Origin: a bacterium
GTDB taxonomy: Bacteria; Patescibacteriota; Patescibacteriia; Patescibacteriales; GWC2-42-12
Reading direction: 5' to 3'
NCBI GenBank assembly: GCA_030649205.1
Contig: JAUSGE010000029.1
Span: 1 to 51,599, forward strand
DNA length: 51,599 nucleotides
This document shows, piece after piece, positions 1 to 9,535 of this stretch. The notes beneath the pieces are model-generated. The model saw nothing but the letters and a program-made list of their open reading frames with translations, had not been told where the DNA came from and did not search any database. The position numbers and the translations under genes are program-made. The first letter of the stretch is position 1; each line of letters starts with the position of its first letter.

Positions 1-1
1 G

Positions 2-1648
2 CTCACTTACAATGTTAACCCGCTGAAAATTTCTACTGACAATGCCGCGCCTTATATCAATGCGACTTCCACTATCACCGTGGAACAATTCGGCCTGGAT
101 GCCAGCTGGAATCCGGTTTGGACTGCGGCCGCGTCCAGCAGTTTGGACATAGCCGGGCAGGAAGCTGAAAATGGCAGCGGAACTTATATCTACACTGCTA
201 CTACGACAGCGCCGGTTTTAATCTATGGGAAAAAAGGCGGTTTTGCTGATAGTGACGCATTAGTGATAACGGCCAAACCGGCCCCGATTGATAATACTGC
301 CAGCAATAACCAGTCGGGCGGCGGCAGTGTAATTTTACCAGCCAGGAGTAGCAGCCCGGCGCCGGCGCTAACGGCCAAAGTTAATTTGGCTAAAGCCATT
401 GATTTTTTAATTAACAAACAAAGCGCTGACGGCTCATTCGGTTCAGCTTTGGTGACTGACTGGGCGGCCATGGCTTTAGCCTCGGTTAATCCGGGCGGCT
501 CGGCCGGCCAAAAAATAAAAAGTTATTTGCTGGCCGACCCGAATCCATTAGTCGGCATGAATCCGGTCTCGGATTACGCGCGCCGCGCCATGGCTTTAAT
601 GTCGTTAAACATCCACCCGTATAACGGCACAAAAACAAATTACCTAAAAAAGATCACCGACTTATTTGACGGCGCTCAATTCGGCGACGCGGAATTATAC
701 AATGATGACATTTTTGCGCTCTTAGTGTTAAGTAAAGCCGGTTACGCGGCGGATGATGAAATGATAAAAAAAACAGTTGATTTTATCATGGCTAAACAGC
801 AAGCCGACGGCTCCTGGCAAGGCGTGGACATGACCGCGGCCTCAATTCAAGCATTAAAACCATTTTCAGCGCTTGACAACATCAGCGCGGCCATAGCAAA
901 AGCCAGAAACTTTTTGTCTAATGCCCAAGGCGCGGACGGCGGCTATGGCAACACTTATACAACATCTTGGGCGATGCAGGCGATCGCGTCTTTGGGCGAA
1001 GACGCAGCCGGCTGGCAAAAAAATAATAACACGCCGGAAAACTATTTGGCCTTGAGCCAAGGCGCGGACGGCGGTTTGGAAAAAAATGATTCCTTTCCGG
1101 CTAATCGCGTCTGGTCAACCGCTTACACCATCCCGGCCATACAAGGCAAATCTTGGCTTAATATCATGAGCAGTTTTGCCAAAATGGAAGACAAGCCAGC
1201 GTTAACGGCAGCCAGCCTCAACGATCCGAGCGATTTAATCGCCACTTCAACTTTAGAAAATTTAAACATCGCCACCTCAACGCCTAAGGATTTAATTACG
1301 ACCAGTAGCACACCGGCTACGACGACAGAGGAAACAGATAAAATTAAACCCCAAAGTTCAGAGAAGACCCCCGGAACCAAAAACACGGTATCTGCCCCAA
1401 TTAAGCCGGCGGAGCCTAAAGTGTTGGCCGTGAAAATAGCTTCAGAAAAAACAAAAGCCGTTGCGGTAAATAAAATTGAAAAAAAACCGATTCAAAAAAC
1501 AGCAAAAACACTCGGTGTCCCCAAGACACCGAGTGTCCAAACCGCGCCAACAGTCAACCCGCCCGCGCCTAAAACCAGCTTTTTAGCTGTAACCGGCCGC
1601 CTGATTTACCGCGGCTTAAAATACATCTTGAACTTATTAGGTCTTTAA
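2..1648 (+). CDS. Secreted/surface protein with prenyltransferase/squalene-oxidase-like (alpha/alpha-toroid) repeats, a T/P/K-rich low-complexity tail and a C-terminal hydrophobic anchor; the 5' end runs off the window
   Basis: The frame is open from base 2, with no stop upstream of the GTG at 80. Spaced repeats ADGSFG / ADGSWQ / ADGGYG / ADGGLE are each followed by W/Y-rich helices. The C-terminus is FLAVTGRLIYRGLKYILNLLGL. Confidence 0.6.
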   Translation, partial: LTYNVNPLKISTDNAAPYINATSTITVEQFGLDASWNPVWTAAASSSLDIAGQEAENGSGTYIYTATTTAPVLIYGKKGGFADSDALVITAKPAPIDNTASNNQSGGGSVILPARSSSPAPALTAKVNLAKAIDFLINKQSADGSFGSALVTDWAAMALASVNPGGSAGQKIKSYLLADPNPLVGMNPVSDYARRAMALMSLNIHPYNGTKTNYLKKITDLFDGAQFGDAELYNDDIFALLVLSKAGYAADDEMIKKTVDFIMAKQQADGSWQGVDMTAASIQALKPFSALDNISAAIAKARNFLSNAQGADGGYGNTYTTSWAMQAIASLGEDAAGWQKNNNTPENYLALSQGADGGLEKNDSFPANRVWSTAYTIPAIQGKSWLNIMSSFAKMEDKPALTAASLNDPSDLIATSTLENLNIATSTPKDLITTSSTPATTTEETDKIKPQSSEKTPGTKNTVSAPIKPAEPKVLAVKIASEKTKAVAVNKIEKKPIQKTAKTLGVPKTPSVQTAPTVNPPAPKTSFLAVTGRLIYRGLKYILNLLGL

Positions 1649-1753
1649 GTTATAATTAATATATATTCTTTCTGCTTGGCTTTAGCCAGAATTAAGTAAT
1701 AAATTAATCCCTTAAAAATCTCCATACAGAGACATTTAATGGAGCAAGTAATT

Positions 1754-2320
1754 ATGACAACTATAACAAACATTTCCAGCGGGGCGAAAAAACTATTGCC
1801 GGCTTTTATCTTAATCACTCTCGGTATCGCGGCCAGATTTCTGCCGCATCCGGCCAACTTCGCGCCCATCGGCGCCATCGCTATTTTTTCCGGGTTGTAT
1901 CTGCCAAAAAAATGGGCGCTGATTCTGCCTTTGGCCGCCATGTTGGTTAGCGACTTATTCATCGGTTTTTACAGTCTGCCCATCATGACCTCGGTTTATG
2001 CCGGATTTATCATCATGGGGCTGATCGGTTTGGCGGTTAGGAAAAATAAAAAACTTTCAACGGTTCTGGGTGGCACGATTTTAGGCAGTGTGGTATTTTA
2101 TCTGCTTACCAACGGCGCGGTCTGGGCCTTCGGCTCGCTTTACCCGCACACCGCGGCGGGCCTGCTCCAAAGCTATGTTATGGCCATTCCGTTTTTCCGA
2201 AATAGCCTGTTCGGCGACTTGCTTTATACCGGCGCCCTGGTCGGCGCTTACGAAACCAGTTTGGTGCTATCCTTTGGACACTCGGTGTCCACTGGACACC
2301 GAGTGTCCATTTCTAAATAA
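1754..2320 (+). CDS. Polytopic membrane protein (DUF6580-like / ECF S-component-like putative transporter)
   Basis: ORF 1739..2320; the ATG at 1754 has GGAG 9 nt upstream. There are five to six hydrophobic helices. The N-terminal RFLPHPANFAPIGAIAIFSG resembles that family from memory. The last ~15 codons are a 15-bp-stem palindrome (2276-2308). Confidence 0.55.
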   Translation: MTTITNISSGAKKLLPAFILITLGIAARFLPHPANFAPIGAIAIFSGLYLPKKWALILPLAAMLVSDLFIGFYSLPIMTSVYAGFIIMGLIGLAVRKNKKLSTVLGGTILGSVVFYLLTNGAVWAFGSLYPHTAAGLLQSYVMAIPFFRNSLFGDLLYTGALVGAYETSLVLSFGHSVSTGHRVSISK

Positions 2321-2356
2321 AAAATATTGACTTTTCAGCAAATTATGTTATATTAT

Positions 2357-2386
2357 AAAAGTTGCCGCCAAGGCAACTTTTGTTTA
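2357..2386 (+). terminator. Rho-independent terminator-like hairpin
   Basis: aaaagttgcc-gccaa-ggcaactttt followed by a T-rich tail, 37 nt after the stop at 2320. Confidence 0.6.
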
Positions 2387-2398
2387 AAAAAAAATTAT

Positions 2399-2474
2399 GG
2401 TGGCCATAGTTCAACGGCTAGAACTCTTGCTTGTGGCGCAAGAAATCTGGGTTCGACTCCCAGTGGCTACCCCA
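2399..2474 (+). tRNA. tRNA-His (anticodon GTG) with encoded G-1 and CCA
   Basis: Cloverleaf folded by eye. Acceptor gtggcca/tggctac has an extra 5' G. Anticodon stem cttgc/gcaag with loop ttGTGgc. T arm ctggg-ttcgact-cccag, then discriminator c and cca. Confidence 0.9.
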
Positions 2475-2488
2475 TTAATAAAGCGGCC

Positions 2489-3544
2489 TTATTTGCTTAT
2501 TACAATCATATTTTTTTCTATTTGGTTGATAATTTCGTGATAACCGGTGGGATAATCGCGGATGGCTTCAAACAGTACGGCATCATCATAAAGATAAAGC
2601 TCGCCATTTCTTGTCCCCGGGTCGTTAGTGATGAATTGTTTAGTCCCCGGGTCGTAGCCGCGGATAACTATCATGTGCCGCGGCGGCCCCGGCGCTTTAT
2701 AATTGGGATTATGCATAATCTGGCCATTCATGGGCGTGATTATCAAATTGCCTTTAGCTAATTCGGCAATAATATCATTAGCGGTTATATCGTGAACCAA
2801 GGTAATTTTATTATATTTAAAGTAGTCCTTAAAAATCCAGTCAACCGTGTTTTCGGCGGAAATGTCCCGATATTCGCCGTATTTTTTTAAAAGCCAATCC
2901 GAGAGGCCGGTAATTTCTTTTAAAGCTTCGGCCTTGGTCAAATTTTGTCCGCGCGCCCATTTAACCGCCATCAAAGCGGACGATTCTTCACAACCGTCTT
3001 GCTGGCGTTGATCGTTCCAGCCGCCGAACGGCGCTTGCGAAGTGAAAGGCACGTTATCAATCAATACTTTTTTATGGAAATCAAAATCGGCCACCGGCTC
3101 GCCAATCACGCCGATAGGAAGATTGGCTAAATTGGCGTTAGTTATGCCAAGTCCCAGCTCGCGCATAATTTTAAAAGCGTCAGCCGGCCGTCCCAGATAA
3201 TATTTTTTTAAATTCTTAGGATAAATATAATAAGCTTCGCCGCTGGCTTCCGTATCCAATAGAATCAGGCCGGCCAGTCGGTCGGAAAAAACGCTCGTGT
3301 TGACAATAAAATCATGCTTAACGCCAAGCGCTAAAGTTTTCATGATATTAAAAGCGTCAGCCGGCCGGCCCAGATAATAGGACTTGCCGTTAGCCGGATA
3401 AACATACCAAGCTTCGCCGCTGGCTTCAACTTGCAAAAGAATATAGCCAATCGCCCCTCCGGCATAATGCGCGCCGCCGGCCATGAGAGGCGAAAAGGCG
3501 GCCAACGATATGGCCAAAGTTAAAATAATTTTTTTTATATTCAT
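2489..3544 (-). CDS. Secreted C39-like cysteine peptidase domain protein with a duplicated ~45-aa N-terminal repeat
   Basis: Signal peptide MNIKKIILTLAISLAAFSPLMAG. Two copies of EASGEA(W/Y)Y(V/I)YP...YYLGRPADAF.IM..L.LG. The C-terminal domain VPFTSQAPFGGWNDQRQQDGCEESSALMAVKW is typical of Peptidase_C39_2-like proteins. Confidence 0.65.
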   Translation of the reverse strand: MNIKKIILTLAISLAAFSPLMAGGAHYAGGAIGYILLQVEASGEAWYVYPANGKSYYLGRPADAFNIMKTLALGVKHDFIVNTSVFSDRLAGLILLDTEASGEAYYIYPKNLKKYYLGRPADAFKIMRELGLGITNANLANLPIGVIGEPVADFDFHKKVLIDNVPFTSQAPFGGWNDQRQQDGCEESSALMAVKWARGQNLTKAEALKEITGLSDWLLKKYGEYRDISAENTVDWIFKDYFKYNKITLVHDITANDIIAELAKGNLIITPMNGQIMHNPNYKAPGPPRHMIVIRGYDPGTKQFITNDPGTRNGELYLYDDAVLFEAIRDYPTGYHEIINQIEKNMIVISK

Positions 3545-3615
3545 GGCAATTTATAATTTGCCGCTGGCCAGCGCTTAGCCGGATCGGCTGTTCGGCGGAT
3601 TTTATTTTATTAAAA

Positions 3616-4113
3616 TTATTCTATTTTTACAATCTCATACTGGACTTCCCCGCCAGCCAGCTTAATTTTTACTTTATCGCCAACTTTACACCCCATTAAG
3701 GCCGAGCCCAGCGGCGAACTATGCGAAATAACGCCCCGTTGCGGGTCGGTTTCCGCCGAGCCGAGAATTGAATAGGTTTTTTCTTTGCCTGCCGCCGCGA
3801 CAGTCACACGGCTGCCCAGCTGGACTGTGCCGATATTTTTAATAGGCTTAATGATGACGGCGCGCTTCAAATGATCTTCAATTTCTAAAATTTTTTGATT
3901 CATGCCCCTTAAGCGGCCTTTGGCAATCTGGTAAGCCGCGTTTTCCGAAAAATCGCCGTCCGAAGCGTATTTTTTAACCTCTTCCGCCAGCCGCGGACGG
4001 TTAAATTTAAGCCGGTCAAGCTTATTTTTAAGTTCATCATATTTGGCCTGGGTCAGATGCTGATCCGGCTTTAAATAAGTATATTTCCCTGGTTTTCTAA
4101 TTGGCAGCTGCAT
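3616..4113 (-). CDS. greA: Transcription elongation factor GreA
   Basis: N-terminal coiled coil with the acidic tip DGDFSENAAY. C-terminal Gre domain ...YSILGSAETDPQRGVISHSSPLGSALMGCKVGDKV. Confidence 0.9.
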   Translation of the reverse strand: MQLPIRKPGKYTYLKPDQHLTQAKYDELKNKLDRLKFNRPRLAEEVKKYASDGDFSENAAYQIAKGRLRGMNQKILEIEDHLKRAVIIKPIKNIGTVQLGSRVTVAAAGKEKTYSILGSAETDPQRGVISHSSPLGSALMGCKVGDKVKIKLAGGEVQYEIVKIE

Positions 4114-4173
4114 TTAATCAGTATAAAATAAAAATTGTTTTTTGGCCATTAACATGATAAAGTTTAGATAATT

Positions 4174-5409
4174 ATGATCTACGACGCGGTAATCATTGGC
4201 GGCGGACCAGCCGGCCTAATGGCGGCCGGACGAGCGGGCGAGCGGGGAGCGCGCGTGCTTTTGCTTGAAAAGAACAATCAGCTTGGCCTAAAACTTCTAG
4301 CCACCGGCCATGGCCGCGCCAATATTACCAACAGGCTGGCAGATAAAAAACCGGCTATTGGCGCTTACGGCAAAAACCATAAATTTTTGTTCTCGGCTTT
4401 TAATAGATTCGGAGTTCAGGACACCGTGGATTTTTTCAATAAACTTGGCTTAGCCACGAAGGAAGAAGACCGCGGCCGGATTTTTCCCTTAAGCGACCGA
4501 GCAGGCGAGGTGCGAGGGGCGCTGATAAAATATTTAAAAGATAATAACGTTGAAATCAAACTGGGCGCTGAAGTTAAAAAAATAGTTGCTTATGATGGAA
4601 AAATCAAAAAAGTAATTTTAAACAACGGCGAAGGAATTTTTAGTAAAAATTTTATTATTTCCACCGGCGGCCAGTCCTATCCCGAAACCGGCTCAACCGG
4701 CGATGGCTATAAATGGCTTAATAATCTGGGGCACAGGATTATTGCGCCCCGGCCGGCCTTAACGCCGATAATCGTCAAAGAAAAAATTGTCAAAAATCTA
4801 GAAGGCTTAAGTTTAAGCCAGATTAAAATCAGTATTTTTCAAAATAACAAAAAAATTATTAGCCGAACCGGCGATATTATTTTTACGGCCGACGGTTTAA
4901 GCGGCCCGGCCATAATTGATTTAAGCGAACGGATCGGCGCGCTTTTGTCGGCGCTGACTTTTTTAAAAATTGATTTTAAGCCGGAAATTGAAACCGCTCG
5001 GCTGGAAAAAAAATTACAAACTGATTTTCATCAAGCCGGCGGCAAAATGTTAAAAAAATATTTGACCGGCCTGCTATCGCCGAAATTGGCGCCGGTTATC
5101 ATTAAACTGACCGGCATTGATGAGACCAAGCAAATTAACGCCGTTACTAAGCTTGAGCGCCAAGCGCTGGTAAGCGCCCTAAAAGAATTTACCGTAGAAA
5201 TAAAAGAGCTCAAAGGCTTTGCCAAGGCCATGATAACGGCCGGCGGGGCTGATCTAAAAGAAGTTGACCCTAAAACCATGCGCTCGCGCCTGTATGAAAA
5301 TTTATTTTTGGCCGGAGAAATATTGGACTTGGACGGGCCAAGCGGCGGCTACAATTTACAGATCTGCTGGAGCACCGGCTATACGGCCGGAGAGAGTTTA
5401 CTTTTTTAA
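4174..5409 (+). CDS. NAD(P)/FAD-dependent oxidoreductase, HI0933/BaiN (aminoacetone-oxidase-like) family
   Basis: Rossmann motif VIIGGGPAGLMAAGRAG, LLATGHGRANITN, and a C-terminal GGYNLQICWSTGY; the length and layout fit that family. Confidence 0.75.
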   Translation: MIYDAVIIGGGPAGLMAAGRAGERGARVLLLEKNNQLGLKLLATGHGRANITNRLADKKPAIGAYGKNHKFLFSAFNRFGVQDTVDFFNKLGLATKEEDRGRIFPLSDRAGEVRGALIKYLKDNNVEIKLGAEVKKIVAYDGKIKKVILNNGEGIFSKNFIISTGGQSYPETGSTGDGYKWLNNLGHRIIAPRPALTPIIVKEKIVKNLEGLSLSQIKISIFQNNKKIISRTGDIIFTADGLSGPAIIDLSERIGALLSALTFLKIDFKPEIETARLEKKLQTDFHQAGGKMLKKYLTGLLSPKLAPVIIKLTGIDETKQINAVTKLERQALVSALKEFTVEIKELKGFAKAMITAGGADLKEVDPKTMRSRLYENLFLAGEILDLDGPSGGYNLQICWSTGYTAGESLLF

Positions 5410-5468
5410 GTATTATGTTAATATGAAGTAACTGGCGTAATCGCGCCTTTTTTATTTTTAAATTTTAT

Positions 5469-6920
5469 ATGGCCGAAGAAGTAATTTTGCGCTTTGATGA
5501 AGTAAATTTTGAGTATGAACATAATAAGCCCATCCTGGATGAGGCCAGCTTCAGCGTGCGCCGCGGCGCCAAAATTACTTTAATGGGGCAAAACGGCGCT
5601 GGCAAAAGCTCTTTATTTGCTTTAATCATGGGTGAATTACAGCCAAAATCAGGCCGCGTTTCTATTACTAACGGCGCCACTATCGCCACGGCCAGACAGG
5701 TCGTGGCGCGCGAAAATTTAGAGCTGACAATTGATGAATATTTTGCCGAGGCGTTTGAGCTGGCGCCAGGTAATCTAGCCAGCAGAATATCTAAAGTTTT
5801 AACCGCGGTGAATTTGGACGCGCCGATCAATAAGCGCGTCGGCGATCTGTCCGGCGGACAGCAAGCTCGTCTGCTCTTGGCTTTCGCCTTAATTCAGAAT
5901 CCAGACATACTTTTACTGGATGAACCGACTAACAATCTTGATCAGGCCGGCATTGATCATTTAATAGAATTTTTAGTTATGTACGATAAAACCGTAATTG
6001 TAATTTCGCATGACGCGGATTTTTTAAATTGTTTTACCGAAGGCGTGATCTATCTGGACGTGTTCACTCATAAAATTGAGACTTACGTCGGCGACTATTA
6101 TTCGGTGGTGGAAGAAATCGGCAAACGAATTGAGCGCGAGCAGAGGAAAAATGCCCAGCTAAAAAAACAGATTATAGACCGAAAAGAAAAAGTTAATTTT
6201 TTCGCCAACAAAGGCGGCAAAATGCGCAAACTGGCCAAAAAATTAAAGGATGAAACCGCCGAGCTGGAAGAAGAAATGATTGACGTCAGGCAGGAGGATA
6301 AAACTATCAGGGAATTTGATATTGAAGCGCAAGACATCACGGGCGAGATTGTTAAAATCAGCGCCGTGAAAATTATTCATCATCACGAGCCGATCATAAA
6401 AAAAGTTGATAAAATTATCCGCCAGCGCATGCATCTCCTGGTTACCGGGCCGAACGGCGTGGGCAAGAGCACATTTTTGCGCTCGCTGGTCGGCGGTAAA
6501 AACGAGCAGGCTCAAATTTTAGATAATGTCCGCGTCGGTTATTACAGCCAGGATTTTTCCAATCTTGATTTTAACCAAACGGTTTATGATTCGCTCTCCG
6601 GCGCCCTCGCCCGGGGCGCGGACACGCAAGCTATGCGCTCGGCCGCGGCCGGATTTCTCCTCCACGGCGATTTGATGGGCCGCCTGGTTAGCGAACTGTC
6701 TGAAGGGCAAAAGGGATTGTTGTCTTTCGCGCGCCTCAAACTGATGCGGCCCGGGCTGTTAATTTTAGACGAACCGACCAATCATATAAATTTTCGCCAT
6801 CTGCCCGTGATTGCCCAAGCGATTAACGGCTACGCTGGCGCCCTGATTATGGTCAGCCATATGCCGGAATTCGTCAAGCAGATAAAATTTGACGATTATT
6901 TGGATTTAGGCAAAATTTAA
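5469..6920 (+). CDS. ABC-F family ATPase (two ABC cassettes, no membrane domain)
   Basis: Walker A GQNGAGKSS and GPNGVGKST. Signature motifs LSGGQQARL and LSEGQKGLL. A charged K/E-rich linker lies between the cassettes. Confidence 0.85.
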   Translation: MAEEVILRFDEVNFEYEHNKPILDEASFSVRRGAKITLMGQNGAGKSSLFALIMGELQPKSGRVSITNGATIATARQVVARENLELTIDEYFAEAFELAPGNLASRISKVLTAVNLDAPINKRVGDLSGGQQARLLLAFALIQNPDILLLDEPTNNLDQAGIDHLIEFLVMYDKTVIVISHDADFLNCFTEGVIYLDVFTHKIETYVGDYYSVVEEIGKRIEREQRKNAQLKKQIIDRKEKVNFFANKGGKMRKLAKKLKDETAELEEEMIDVRQEDKTIREFDIEAQDITGEIVKISAVKIIHHHEPIIKKVDKIIRQRMHLLVTGPNGVGKSTFLRSLVGGKNEQAQILDNVRVGYYSQDFSNLDFNQTVYDSLSGALARGADTQAMRSAAAGFLLHGDLMGRLVSELSEGQKGLLSFARLKLMRPGLLILDEPTNHINFRHLPVIAQAINGYAGALIMVSHMPEFVKQIKFDDYLDLGKI

Positions 6921-6948
6921 ATCCCCCGCCAATTATGGCGGGGGATTT
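6919..6948. terminator. Bidirectional terminator hairpin between convergent genes
   Basis: aaatcccccgcc-aattat-ggcgggggattt sits exactly between the stops at 6920 (+) and 6959 (-). Confidence 0.75.
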
Positions 6949-6958
6949 AAATTAGAAA

Positions 6959-8770
6959 TTATTCTTCCTGATTGCCGCCTTGTTTTAAGAAGGCGTCAGG
7001 CAAATCTACTTTAACATTATAATTATTATTTGCTTTGATTTGCGGCTCCATATTGACCAAGCCGAATTCCTGCAAAGCATCCTGGATTTCTTGGCGAGTG
7101 TTAAAGGCTTCATCAATTTTGTCGGCCAGCTCATCGGCTCCGGCTTTTTCTTTCAGCATAGTTTGGATTTCGTCAAATTTGGCTTTTAAATTATTGACCA
7201 AATCCTGCAATTCGGCGATATCTATTTTTTTCTTGGCCAGCAATTTTATTTGAGAAGCGTACTTTTTCAGCTCGCTGTTGATGTTTTTCATGCCCTGGCT
7301 GATGTTTAAGACCACATCAATCTGCATCTGGGCATTTTTTAAATTATCCATGTTATTCCAAAAATCTTCTTCCAGTTTTTCCATGGCCGAATCCGGATCG
7401 GTTTTGGCCAAAGATTTGGCTTGGGCTAAAGCGTCTTTCAAGCCGTTCACCACATTTTTATATTCAGCCACCTGTTCGCTCAAATCAACTTTTTTATTGG
7501 CTTTGGCGCGCGATTCAATCTGCTTAACGCCGCGGTCCAAACTTTTTGACTGGCGGTCAGCTTCTTTTAGCATCTGGCACAGGCGGCTTAAATCGCCCAT
7601 GCGCGGACCCCAGTCCTGAATAACCGAACCGACATCCTGAACATCGCCCATAACTTCATCTAATTCATCCGCGGTTTTGGCGGCGTTAATTTTTGTTACC
7701 AGGTCGTCAGCCTGATTCAAGGCGCTGGTTAATTCTTCCGGCAAACCGACGCCGCATTTAGCGACTGAAGCTTTTACTCTTAACATGGCTTTTTTAGTCA
7801 TGGCCACGCCGCGGGAGAATTGAGAGATGCCGCGTTTCATGTCTTTAAAGCGGCGCTCATCCATTTTTTTCTGGTCTTCTTCGGATGGCCCTTGCTGCCG
7901 TCCCTGTCCCATTTGGCCGTCCTGGCCAGACGGGCCTTGATTATTGTATTTTTCACATGAGCCAGGCACTTCCACGCCGTTAATCCGGCAAGTTTGGCTG
8001 GCTCCTTGATCGCCTGAACTCGGCTGCATGGGCTGTTTATAAAATTGCATCTGATTCATGCCGTCTTGATTTTGCGGCTGTTGCGGCATCGGCGGTTGAA
8101 ATTTATCGCTATTGGTTGGCGGCATCGGCGGCTGTGGTTGAGAGGGCTGATTTTGATCGCCGCTAATCGGCGCGCTCGTATTATTGTCGGCCGGAGGAGG
8201 CGTTGACGGTTGCGGCTCGGTTGGCGCGGGCGCTGGTGTTGATTCAGGAGCTGGCGAGGGAGCAGGAGCAGGCACATCCGCCTCGGCAATTTTTACGCCC
8301 AGCACCTTAGCGGTACTCACCGGAACATAGGCATAAGTTATGTCCGTCTTTTTTGAAAAAGGATTTTCCTGGTAGCTAATGACCAGTTTATCTGAAACGG
8401 CCTTAGCGGAGACGGCGGCCGAAGAGGTTTTCCAGCCTTGGTTGGCTAAAATCTGGCGATAAAATCTGGCCACCGCGCCAGCCTTGGCGTTAACGCGATA
8501 ACGCACTAAATATTTACTATCAAAAGATAATCTTTTGGCTCCAGACATTAGAGGAACGTTAATATTAGCCAAAGATACTTTGCCGTTTTGCCAAACATCT
8601 GAACTTTGCCTGTCCAGCAGTGAATTTGCAATTGACAAAGAATTTATTAAACCGTTGTCCTTTTTGATTTCCTTCAGGAAAATCTGTTCAGACAACAACA
8701 CCGCGGTTACAATAATTAACAGCGCCGCGGGTAGAGAAACTTTTACCTGGAACATGTTTTTAATGGTCAT
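6959..8770 (-). CDS. Membrane-anchored/secreted protein with a P/Q-rich low-complexity block and a long C-terminal coiled coil (unknown function)
   Basis: 603-aa ORF. N-terminal hydrophobic anchor LPAALLIIVTAVLL. APAPSPAPESTPAPAPTEPQPSTPPP...QPQPPMPP block. The C-terminal ~300 aa show heptad-like K/E/D/L periodicity. Confidence 0.6.
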   Translation of the reverse strand: MTIKNMFQVKVSLPAALLIIVTAVLLSEQIFLKEIKKDNGLINSLSIANSLLDRQSSDVWQNGKVSLANINVPLMSGAKRLSFDSKYLVRYRVNAKAGAVARFYRQILANQGWKTSSAAVSAKAVSDKLVISYQENPFSKKTDITYAYVPVSTAKVLGVKIAEADVPAPAPSPAPESTPAPAPTEPQPSTPPPADNNTSAPISGDQNQPSQPQPPMPPTNSDKFQPPMPQQPQNQDGMNQMQFYKQPMQPSSGDQGASQTCRINGVEVPGSCEKYNNQGPSGQDGQMGQGRQQGPSEEDQKKMDERRFKDMKRGISQFSRGVAMTKKAMLRVKASVAKCGVGLPEELTSALNQADDLVTKINAAKTADELDEVMGDVQDVGSVIQDWGPRMGDLSRLCQMLKEADRQSKSLDRGVKQIESRAKANKKVDLSEQVAEYKNVVNGLKDALAQAKSLAKTDPDSAMEKLEEDFWNNMDNLKNAQMQIDVVLNISQGMKNINSELKKYASQIKLLAKKKIDIAELQDLVNNLKAKFDEIQTMLKEKAGADELADKIDEAFNTRQEIQDALQEFGLVNMEPQIKANNNYNVKVDLPDAFLKQGGNQEE

Positions 8771-8788
8771 ACTTTTGTTTTTATTTTA

Positions 8789-8825
8789 GGGGGTATCGCC
8801 GAATACGACATTCGGCGATACCCCC
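8789..8825. repeat. Perfect 16-bp-stem palindrome
   Basis: gggggtatcgccgaat-acgac-attcggcgataccccc lies 19 nt upstream of the minus-strand start at 8770. There is no T-run on either side. Confidence 0.7.
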
Positions 8826-9022
8826 GCATTCAATTAAAAAAACAGCCGCCAATGGGGCTGTAAGAGTCCTTAAATATATAAATTATTTGTTTTTTTAATG
8901 GGGAAGAAAAACATTTTATTTTTTATTTTTGTTTTTTGCTTGCTAAGGCTTTATGCTCTAACAAACTTTATAATTTCATTATAGCATGCCGCGAGTATTC
9001 TTTCAAGTGGATAACTCATTTT

Positions 9023-9097
9023 TGTCATTGCGAGCGACCGAAGGGAGCGCGGCAATCTCAAGTTTCTTCCGTCATCCCTGCGCAGGCAGGGATCAAG
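9023..9097. repeat. Family A half-element (tgtcattgcgag...gcaatctca) fused to a family B hairpin (gtcatccctgcgcaggcagggat)
   Basis: 9023-9060 is 36/36 identical to 37670-37705. 9071-9097 is a gtcatccctgc/gcagggat hairpin. Confidence 0.85.
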
Positions 9098-9151
9098 AAA
9101 AAAATAAAACATAAAAAATATGCCGCCAATCTTGCATGGCGGCATAAAGCG

Positions 9152-9535
9152 TTAAGACAGTCTTGAAACTTTTTTGAGCATTGATTCTCTTTTCCCCTCC
9201 TTGGTTAATTTTTTTACTTCCTCTCTTAGCTCTTTCATTTCCTGCCTTAACTCCGCAATCTCGTCTTTTTGATTTTTTTGCTTCCGACAATCATACGCGG
9301 TAGCCAAAACAGCCCCGATAAAAGCTCCCGCGTTGGACGGAATCGCATAATCAAAATTTTTAACGAAATAGAATACGGCTAGCTGGCTGCTAAAATTTAC
9401 CAGCAATGCGAAAAATCCTGCCTTAATAGCTTTATTGCCGACTACATTGTCAATCAAAAATACCGTTAAAAAAAAGTAGACACAGTCGGCAAAAAAAATA
9501 ATCAAAGCAATGGATAAACTAAACTGGGCTTCCAT
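9152..9535 (-). CDS. Small membrane protein with a C-terminal coiled coil (unknown function)
   Basis: 127-aa ORF. Three hydrophobic helices are followed by KQKNQKDEIAELRQEMKELREEVKKL. Confidence 0.5.
   Translation of the reverse strand: MEAQFSLSIALIIFFADCVYFFLTVFLIDNVVGNKAIKAGFFALLVNFSSQLAVFYFVKNFDYAIPSNAGAFIGAVLATAYDCRKQKNQKDEIAELRQEMKELREEVKKLTKEGKRESMLKKVSRLS

Noticed and set aside
2327-2356. Sigma70-like promoter (ttgact-N17-atatta) upstream of tRNA-His
   Set aside because: A terminator hairpin lies between it and the tRNA, so the functional assignment is ambiguous. In AT-rich spacer DNA such matches arise easily.
2327-2761. 144-aa plus-strand ORF
   Set aside because: It spans a terminator hairpin and tRNA-His, then runs antisense to the well-supported C39-like peptidase gene.
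8936-9290. Several 64-76 aa ORFs on both strands
   Set aside because: They are translations of family A/B palindromic repeats (the ...CHCERPKGARQS... type) or overlap the better-supported 9152..9535 gene.
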